A stretch of 57,237 bases of DNA, the filler included, from Sphacelaria rigidula (taxonomy: Eukaryota), in NCBI GenBank assembly GCA_964200075.2. It is 4 parts of 4 records of this genome, joined end to end, with 100 filler letters (N's around TTAATTAATTAA, not from the genome) between each part and the next. Parts side by side here need not be neighbours in the genome. Positions count along the whole stretch, not along the records: positions 43,006 to 57,237 come from CAXNAA020002367.1; 3 more parts are not named here. One strand, written 5' to 3'. Both the position numbers and the translations under genes were made by a program. Position 1 is the first letter of the stretch, and each line of letters starts with the position of its first letter. The notes below the pieces were generated by a model, which saw nothing but the letters and a program-made list of their open reading frames with translations, ran no database searches and was not told the DNA's origin. Shown piece by piece: positions 48,519 to 57,237 of the stretch.

Positions 48519-49498
48519 GGGGAACGGGAGGGGAAGAGGGGGGAGAGGAGGGGGATGGCGAAGGTGGGTGCAATGAAAAGGCAAACCTACCAAACCTAGT
48601 ATAGTTCAGTAGGCATCTTGCCCGCTGCTGTTTGGCGATTCCGTTTGCAAAGGTTACAATTTTCTTCTTCCGATTGTTGATCCACGAGCACGTGCGCAGC
48701 GGGCAAAACAACCGGTGGGTGAGGTGTGTACGTCACACCTGCTCACAACGCGATACCGGGTATTGTGTGTACTGGAGACTCGGTTAATATATGGGCTATA
48801 ATTAGTGGCTGCGCTGCTAGCTCTCGCCCGTATCTGCCCTACTGTGATATCCGCTCCCAGAACTTGTCGCGCTCTTTGTCCCCAGCTCTCAATATCACAT
48901 TAGAACCGTGTTTGCCCTCCTGTGGGAGCATACCCAGAGGATGACATTTTAGCTCTCAAGTCAGCAAGCTCGAGGAGGAAATCGAACCTGGAGGAGATCG
49001 GACCTGGTGCAAAAATCCGTACCCCCAGGCTCCTTTTGTGGTTCAAGGGACCCAACACGAACTGGAAGGGCTTCGACGAGAAACGGGGGGGGGGGGGGGG
49101 AGGGGAAGGAGGGGAACAACCATTTTGGCGGGGAAATTGTAACGCCACCTAAGGGGGGGACCCCCCCATTAGAAGGAGTNNNNNNNNNNCTGGAAGGGCT
49201 TCGACGAGAAACGGGGGGGGGGGGAAGGGAACGAAGGGAACAACCATTTTCGCCGGGAAATTTATAAGCTACCTTAGAGCGGTAGCCGCTCATTAGAACG
49301 AGCTGAATGATTTGATCAGCAAGAACGACAAAGCTGCTGAAAGAGGGAACTATATAGTGGGTTCCATTTGACACGATCTACACGAAGGTTGGAATAAAGA
49401 CAGCAGGAGTTCATCAATGTATGTGAGAGGACACGTTGTATCACGGTCTCTGTGCCCCAAACATGTGCTTCTACAACATTGAAGATCCACCCACGCAC

Positions 49499-52400
49499 CG
49501 CTTCCTGTGCCGGCCGTACTGCGCCCAAGTCCTCCGGCACCATGGGGCATGCAGCCGCCCCCGCCGCCCCCGCCGCCCCCGCCGCCCCCGCCGCCGCCAC
49601 TCCTCCTCCGCCCGATTCCTGAGCTTGACGCACTCTCGCCACTGACCCGGTCACAGGAACAACGCGCTTTGGCATATGGCGTCCTCTGTTGTTGCCTGCT
49701 CCTGAGTCTTCCAGCGATGCAGGGGGTCCCGAAGCCGCGACTGCTGCTCTTCCTTCACCCGATGCTTGACGGCGCTTTGTCCTTCGGTATTCTCCGTCTC
49801 CTTCTCCATCCGCATGGCGGCCCCTCTTCCTCGATCGGACCGCCGATGCTGCGGGTGCTTCCATGTGTGCTGTGGCGACACTCTGTTTTTTCCGCGCGGC
49901 ACGCGACGGATTCCTACGCCCTACCCTCCCCCCTGTCGGTGCGGCCGTGCGCGTATCCTGCCTTGTGACACGCGTTTTCCTGTTGTTGATTGTTCTCCCG
50001 CCACATTTTTCTCCACCACCACGAGACCTCGCTCTCAACACCATACCGCTGCCTTTTCCAGGAGCGTCGGGGACAACCAGACTGTTACTTGCGGGTGTAT
50101 TACAGCTGGATCCTGCCGCCCCTGACTGGCCGCTGCCCAACGCTGCGGCTGCCGCCGTTTCTACGACTTCCTGCGGCAGTGCCGAGGTAACCTTAAAAGC
50201 ATCGCTTTTCGTGCTTTCGCACCAGCGCTGCACCAAGCCAAGCGACACGGGAAAGGAAGAGCATAGCCATGGAGCGATGAGCAGTTAGTTGGACTCTGAA
50301 ATTTCGATACTATAAACGGGCTGGTTCAGTGTCGCATGAGGATAGACCACATACACGTACTGATCTGCGCAGCGACCTAGTCACACGCCTAGCAGACAGC
50401 TTACTGTATAACGATGCACCCTGCAGCTGGTAACGGCGCAAAACGGAACAATCAGAGCCTTCTGTACCCTACGTTGTGACGGTAGTACGCACCAGGTAAG
50501 GCTCGCAATGCGAGACCTCAGCCACACTCCAGCGCGCCGCCAGCTCGCGCGTCACAAGGTGGGAGACGAGCTCAAACAGAGCTGCCGAAGAAATAAAGCA
50601 ACCCGGTGTAGGGATCAACGGGCAGTCGGCGAGCGCGGCACTGTAGTAGTCAATATCTCAGGAACATATTTTCGGCTGAAAACAAGCTTTTCAGCTTTTT
50701 CAGCTACCGAGATTTATCTCAGTAAACGTGCAAATCCAAAAATGACGGACCGAGAAATATGAGCACCCCGTACGACTTTCCGACAACACCAAAAAGTACC
50801 GTTAATTTTGAACAATACAGGCTAACCGATTGTTGGGGTCCTACAGGTATATAGCTCCCCGTTCTGGTTCTTCGATATTCTCCGCGGTAGAACCAGTTCC
50901 GATCGTTGTGGCAAACAATCAGAGCTCCATATGGTTCATATATTTTTTTCGTACATACTCCTTGTGCTACGACTGAAAAAACGTATCATCGAGCCACATA
51001 CGGACAAGAATTCCCCCCCTCCCTAAACAGGATTTTACTGCGTGTTGCCTGACAATACAAGTACTCGGCCTCGCTACTTTACCTATGCCTTCCGATTCTC
51101 GTCTTTTCGGTTGAAGATGACAAATCGCCACTGAAATATTCCCGAACAAGTGACTCCAGTGCTCAAACGATGACTACTGCTGTACTTATGTTAAGCGATC
51201 CAGGCAAGGGAAAACGAAAAGTGCGTTTGTGAATATTGTTGACACCCCTCTGGGAAACCACACAAGTGACGCAAACAGTACCACAGTGTACGTTGTGAGG
51301 CAGGGTTCACACAAGCGAACATCTTCGACTGAAAATGTGCGAATTCAGTGATGAACTATTACGTCTCTCCACTTGGCGTACTCGGTGTACCGATGGCCTT
51401 CCGACCACCTCTTGAACAAGACCCCGTCATGTGGTAGGTTTGAAGCACGCGTGTGCGACTCACCGCTGTCTCCGTCGTTCAGCCAGTCTGGCTTCGTTAC
51501 GAGGCCGGTCATGTGGTGGATCCTCCATCCTTTGTAGTCCGCGATCATTGCACCCAAAGCGTACGCATCAGTCTTCCAGCCATCTTTGCCGAAGGAACCC
51601 CACCGAGCCTCCGAAAATGCCTTGGTCCTCTTCGCCGTGTTGATGAGATGCTGCCAAGGTCACCATGATAGACAATCAGGACCGAAGGGCGTAAGAAACC
51701 TGTGGAACCATCACCCCTCGCTACGCACCGCGCCAACAAAATGGAAAACACGTTGGTCTATACCTAATGAGGTGTCTGTGACGCAAAAAACGTACAACGT
51801 CATAACGATGGGTTGTGTGTTTGACAGCTGTTGCTTGCAGCAGAGTCGTTCATGTCGCGAGGAAAACGAAAAGTCCACGCGGAACCTGTGATGGAATCAA
51901 ACTTCTGCAGTATGTCATGAGAAACTTGCGGCACAACGACTTACCGTCGGCCGTTTTTCTAGCACGATGGCTAACAACAGCATAGGACAAAGGAACGGCT
52001 GTCTCTTGCACGCCGAAAAGACCACGCTTCATGCGGCACGTACTCACCACTAGCGGATCAACTCTGTCCGGCGTGATCCGTTCGGGGATTGGGAACGTTC
52101 CGTGGGCCTAGCATCAGGACACGGAAATATCAAGAAACGCAGGGATCGTGGCGAGCAAAGCGTTGTTGGTCATGCAAGGGTTTGTTGACATGATACAGAG
52201 GATGGCTCAACCATCTCAGACGTGCAAACATGCATTGTCAACCGTACATAGCGTTCAGTAGTAGCAACAACATGAGGGATATAGTGGGCTGGAACTCTGT
52301 TTACCATATCGTGCCACGGCACTGCTGATTCTGCACACAGCGTGACCCATCTGCAAATGATCTCACTGTACTAAAAGAAATTGCGTTGGGAAGATATCAC

Positions 52401-53555
52401 CCGTGCTTGTGGTCCTCAGTTGGGGACACCAAGTAGACTCACATCTTTGAACGCTGCGTTTCCGAAATCGACTAGAGTGGCCAGGCATCTTGGAGTGCCA
52501 TCGACGGTCTCGAACGAGTACACAATGTTATGTTCTGCCACGTCTCCGTGGGTCACTTCCGTGTTGCCATGAATGTGCATCAGGGTGTTGAGCACCTGCG
52601 GCGTAAGGACGGGGGGAGTGATAGGTGAAGAGCCGAGTAAGTACGTTGGCTGTCCAGTTGGCAGGCGCCAGCGTATTTCTCGTCGGTTGGTGAAAAATCC
52701 TCCAAGCTTCGGCCGAGGCATACTCATGTAGCATGGAAACTACAGGAATGTCGACTCTACCGTAGTGTTCAAAACGGCTGAAGCAGTGACCAGCCCGTAA
52801 GGTACGATAAAGCTCCCAGCCAACAGACAAAAAGCCCGGACAATATGCAGATGCCAAACCAGGAACCTACCTGCATAAAGACGTCCATCACGTCTTTTGA
52901 CGACAGGATGGGTCTGCGATCGCGCTCCAGGCACTTGCGGAATTTCTCGCTGATGCGCGAAAGAGAAGACGCGGGGGAGGACGGGGTGTGTGTGTGTGTG
53001 TGAAGCAATCCTGGGGAAATAAGTTTTGGTATTCGAAACCGCGATGTCAAGAACCAACGATATCTTGGGTGGGATTAATCCCACTCCACAGGAAGCAATA
53101 CAAATACCCGTCGAGTGCATCACCCACGACAGGTATCTCAGTCCCTGGAGCGAGCTCACCACACTTTTATGTCTATGGTGTCACTCATCAATAACTCCTT
53201 TCACCCCAAGAGTGCCACCAAAGGGCATGACATTCCAGCAATGTCATACCCTTTGAGCGCGACGCGGTTGCTATCGGGTAGGCAGTCGTGGTCATGCACG
53301 CGTCTGCAACTGTGCGCGTCAATCGAGCACAGTTAACCCAGCCGAACCACCCAGAGGACCACCAACCACAGGTACGGTATACCTTCCACCGTTTTCGAAA
53401 ATGATGGCGTTGGTGTGGCCTTCAGTGTTCTTCACGTATCCAAGCACGTGGACCACGCCGGGAATGTTCGCGCGTCTCATCGCTATGCTCGCGTACACTT
53501 CCGACTCGAATGAGTTCAGCTCTTCCTCCTTATCCAGCAGCTTCACGATCTTATC
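49499..53555 (-). CDS. Divergent multi-exon protein kinase-like gene with a basic low-complexity C-terminal exon; 5' end and some internal exons unresolved
   Basis: GT-AG exons carry kinase subdomains in order. 53555-53383: IVK...FESEV...IIFENGG. 52949-52871: LSSKDVMDVFMQ. 52595-52443: LMHIH...THGDVAEHN...LVDFG. 51650-51464: KTDAYALGAMIAD. 50581-50517: LVTRELAARWSVAE. 50227-49499: Arg/Ala/Gly-rich tail. Confidence 0.72.
52443..52595 (-). CDS. Kinase catalytic-loop/DFG exon
   Basis: cag|GTG...AAAGAT|gtgagt, 153 nt; HGDVAEHN (HxDxxxxN) and DFG. Confidence 0.8.
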
Positions 53556-56500
53556 CTGACGCGTGAATCAAATCCAGAAATGTTATGATGCGACGCGACT
53601 GCGGCATCTCGGATGAAAAAGAAACCAGTAGGGGTCGAGCTTTGAGGGGAATCGTATTTGAACGAAACATTGTACCTTCCTTCCGAATGGTGAGTTCTTT
53701 CCAAGGGTACTGATCGCCGTCCTCGACTTCGCCCTCTGTACGGTACATAAAAAATTCAGCTCACAAGGGCAGTACTTACCGAAAAAAGGGCCTACGTCTG
53801 ACTCGTGCGCGCTGCAGGCTAAATAATGATGAATATCCCCTTATTACCAGTTTTCTTTTCGAAAATAAGGTTGAACATTAAGGTGAGGCTCAACTTCAAG
53901 GCGGTGCCTTCCCTGACCTGAAGTAATGACAGATGTCTTTCATATGGACGGCCCCATGCTCCCCGAGCGAGGCGACCTGAAGTTTTGGTTGTATATCTAT
54001 GGTTTGTTTTTTCGAACAAACTGACAATAACGCTAACGCTTAGGCTAACCTCGACCCGAGGCGTACGAGACCCTCGGGCAAGGGGGGTCCATAGGTTCTC
54101 CAAGGGAAAGTGTGCATTGGCAGACCTCAAATAGACGCCGCAGGCACCGATTTCGACAAAAATACCTTCTGGGCAAGCTGGGTCCACTGCTCACCTGCCC
54201 TAAGCCATAAATTTTCTCAGAACTTTCTCAACGTTAGAATCAAGTACTTATGTGTTAAAACAAAGATATACGACCAAAGCTTTAGGTCTACTGCCCCGTA
54301 ACACACAAAACACATACTAATGCACATACTGCTGTACATACCACCCGCATCTCCTGCCGCAAAACTCAACCAAATATAACATCATAGAGGAGATCCCGTG
54401 ACACAAAGTGGCATCGTGTATCGACAGGTGTGATCCCTTCTTCTTTGAGGCGCTTTCCGGTTTAGAGTAGTTAGGACAGCCCGCAGTGTGCGACCCAAGT
54501 GTGATCCCACGAGAAATGTGTGCAGTAGAGTTCATCATTCGGACGTCTTTAGGATCTTCATGTGGTCTTTACATTATTTCAATTCAAGTTGGCTCCCTGG
54601 GATACAAGGGGAACATGTTGCCCCGGTGCGGCACTTGTCGTGCCGCAACGCGTTCTTATTCAAATCGGCGCCAATTTTGGGAGAAAATGGCGCACGCTAT
54701 TCCCAGATTTAATCCAAGTGATCAGATACAGGAGACTCACGTTATGTAGGTCACGAGTTTGAATCTCGACAAGTTCTTCTCTTTTTCCGTTCCGTCGTTA
54801 AGGTCGTATATTATGCAGGCCATTTTTTTCATTTTTTTTTTCATTTTTTTCTTCATTCAGCGCCGGTGCCGTGCATTGCAGGTTGGTCTGCAGTTCACAG
54901 GGATATGCTCAAGTCGGGCTGCTTTGGTAAACTTGATCAGTTGTGGTGTGACATGCAAATGCGGAATTTACTCTGCTGACCCAGCTCGTTTCATTTCCTT
55001 TCTCTACTGTACTATTTTTCATCCATCATTGATTTTTTCTACACTCACGTACCAGGGGGGGTTCATGCTCCCCCCCGCTCCCCCCCCCGCCCCACCCCCC
55101 CTTCCACGCGCATCAGAGGGGGGTACCCCCCCTCCGACGCCACCTCCCTTTACGCAGGAGTCAGCATATAGGATCGGCTTATATAGGAGTTTGTATACTG
55201 TAGTGTTTGGGAGCAGGGGGGGGGGGGGGTCTAGTATACTCCACCCCTCCCTTGAGGGTGGTTCAAAATAAGAGGAGCGGGTGCGTAGGTGTGGAAAAAA
55301 ATATTACTTCGACGAACACCCCTTTCAAGCCCCTGTCTGTAGTGATATAAACAGTCGATCATTCATTTTGAGGATGGAGCTTTTCATTGAAGATGAAACC
55401 CAGAGAATGGAATTGGTATGGATGCGAAGATTTTACACTCTTCCGCCAAAAAAAAAAAGCAAGTCAACTGCCAAGATGCCCCCGCATACAAGAATCGTAT
55501 GCACCTCATGTATCTTTCGACGGTTTAGCAGGGTTTAGTACTGTATTTTCAGAACATATCAAGCGTTACTTTGCTTGTGGATTTCTCCGCCGTATCTGTT
55601 CTAACCAGCCTGAAACTTGGCACAGAGGTAGACCGCAATGCAGACAGCATATTCCCCGATCGGCGGCACGTTTTACGTGGTGCGCCAGACGCACGAAGCA
55701 AAATACGAATTTTGGGCAATGCCATCGATACGCCCTCAAAACGCAGTCCCCTCGGCCCAGCTGCGTGAGACGTCAGTGGATGCATATGTTGACTTGCAGA
55801 TTTGCTCACTTCCTGCTGGGTGACTCCTGCCCCGGCAAACGAAGCACAGCGATCCGTACTAGGCACAATCTGGATGATGCCATTCTACGCGGTATCGATC
55901 TTGGTATCGCCTGTAGAGGTGCTCACTTCAGGAGACACGGCCGTGCGAGCGCTGTCAGTACTTTTACGCGCTGAAACTTCGACCACATGTCATGTAGATA
56001 ACAGACAATAATCCCATCTTGCTGAATCTGGGGTTGCGCGGTGTGTGCGTGCGTATTGGGGCAAAAATATGTCGGATTCTGTTCCGAATTTTTCTCCTTT
56101 TTTTTTTTTTGGCACAAGACTGTTTATTTCTCCGGGTTTCCATCCTCGATGAAGAGCTCCATCCCCAAAATGGATGGTCGACTGTTTATTGTGGAACACT
56201 ATATGCGAGTAGAACTAAGTAGTCTACAGGGTACCCGAATGACCGTGTGTGGAGACATGAGTAGCATGCAGTAGGCTGTTGTGCTTAGAGTGAAGCCGCG
56301 GTAGTTCCCCCCCCCCCCCGCCCACCAGCCCCAAGACTGTTACGAAGAAAATGGCCATACAGCGCATGATAGCTGGTTTCAGACTGTACGAAACGTTTTT
56401 GATGGACGAAATTGGCGAAAACGATCCCAGGCGTGGGAGTCCCCAACTGATCAGATCCGTTACTATCGACACTGCTGTTTCGGAGATCCCTGGAATTTTG

Positions 56501-57237
56501 GGCGTTTTCAGAACCGGCGCTCAGCGATCTCCGAAAATGAATCGGCTTGATTTTTCTCCGAAGCTGCACGCTGGGAGAAGTCTGAACACTTCGGACTGCA
56601 GCGCAACACTTCGCAGTGCTGCCCTGTGAGCACGCCGCGACTCTCGCGAGCGTGCGATAGTCTTTCAAAAGTTTGCTAGTTACACCCTGGGACACGCCGT
56701 AGAGTGAAAAACACCGTGGATTGGCGGTGGCCATCTTCTTAGACGGCGTGTGCGTCGGCAGCGGTGGTTGAGCTGTTGGGGTCAAGGACGATGGTCGCCG
56801 TTTGCGGACGTGGGCACTTTCGAAGCAAAGAGCAGAAACAATCCAGTAGCTACCTGCTTGCCTGCTGTACTGCTACGAGTGTACGCTACCGCACAGTCTG
56901 CAAATTATATAGCTGGTGGTGTGGTGGGTGTATCGGCGCATAGCCAGCAAATAAATCTTGATCATGGTATCTCAAACTCGGCTCCCGGTATCATCCTGGT
57001 TTGTTTCGTTCAATTTTTTCAAGTGATGGTGATGAGACCCTTTCACCGGCAGGTCAGGTCCTCCTATGAATCGCGATCTCTTTCACTTGAAAAAATAGTA
57101 CACAACTCAGGGCCAGCGAATAAACCAGGATACCTGGATACCTCTGATAATATGCATCGTTGGGAGCTCTCCTAAAAACAGTCAATCATCTATGTTGAGG
57201 ATGGTGCTTTTCATTGAGGATGAGAACCCGGAGGATT

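Noticed and set aside
49062-49260. Direct repeat ctggaagggcttcgacgagaaacgggg around a 10-N gap
   Set aside because: Same poly-G assembly artefact pattern.
1-57237. CRISPR array, rRNA or prokaryotic operon
   Set aside because: No regularly spaced repeat-spacer array and no rRNA signature; the DNA is spliceosomal eukaryotic.

Overview
Eukaryotic, intron-rich, repeat-rich DNA. It is inferred to be a brown alga (Phaeophyceae, Ectocarpus-like) from gene structure and repeat style; this was not verified by a search. The window is not one locus. Four unrelated scaffolds of 14238, 14234, 14233 and 14232 bp (length-sorted) are joined by artificial 100-bp N44-TTAATTAATTAA-N44 linkers. Scaffold 1 (1-14238) holds transposon relics (a hAT derivative, SINE/LINE ends) and unassigned exon-like fragments. 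Scaffold 2 (14339-28572) holds 13 consecutive in-frame exons of RNA polymerase II largest subunit RPB1, including the NADFDGD catalytic motif. Scaffold 3 (28673-42905) holds exon 1 of RPB2, which has a long acidic Gly/Tyr N-terminal extension, plus nested SINE, piggyBac-like and hAT MITEs. Scaffold 4 (43006-57237) holds a decayed LINE reverse transcriptase and a divergent multi-exon protein kinase. The most notable pattern is a LINE whose ORF ends about 5 nt before a poly(C), not poly(A), tail. It has a ~500-nt non-coding partner element sharing the same 3' end, and most copies of both are embedded in C-rich tracts.
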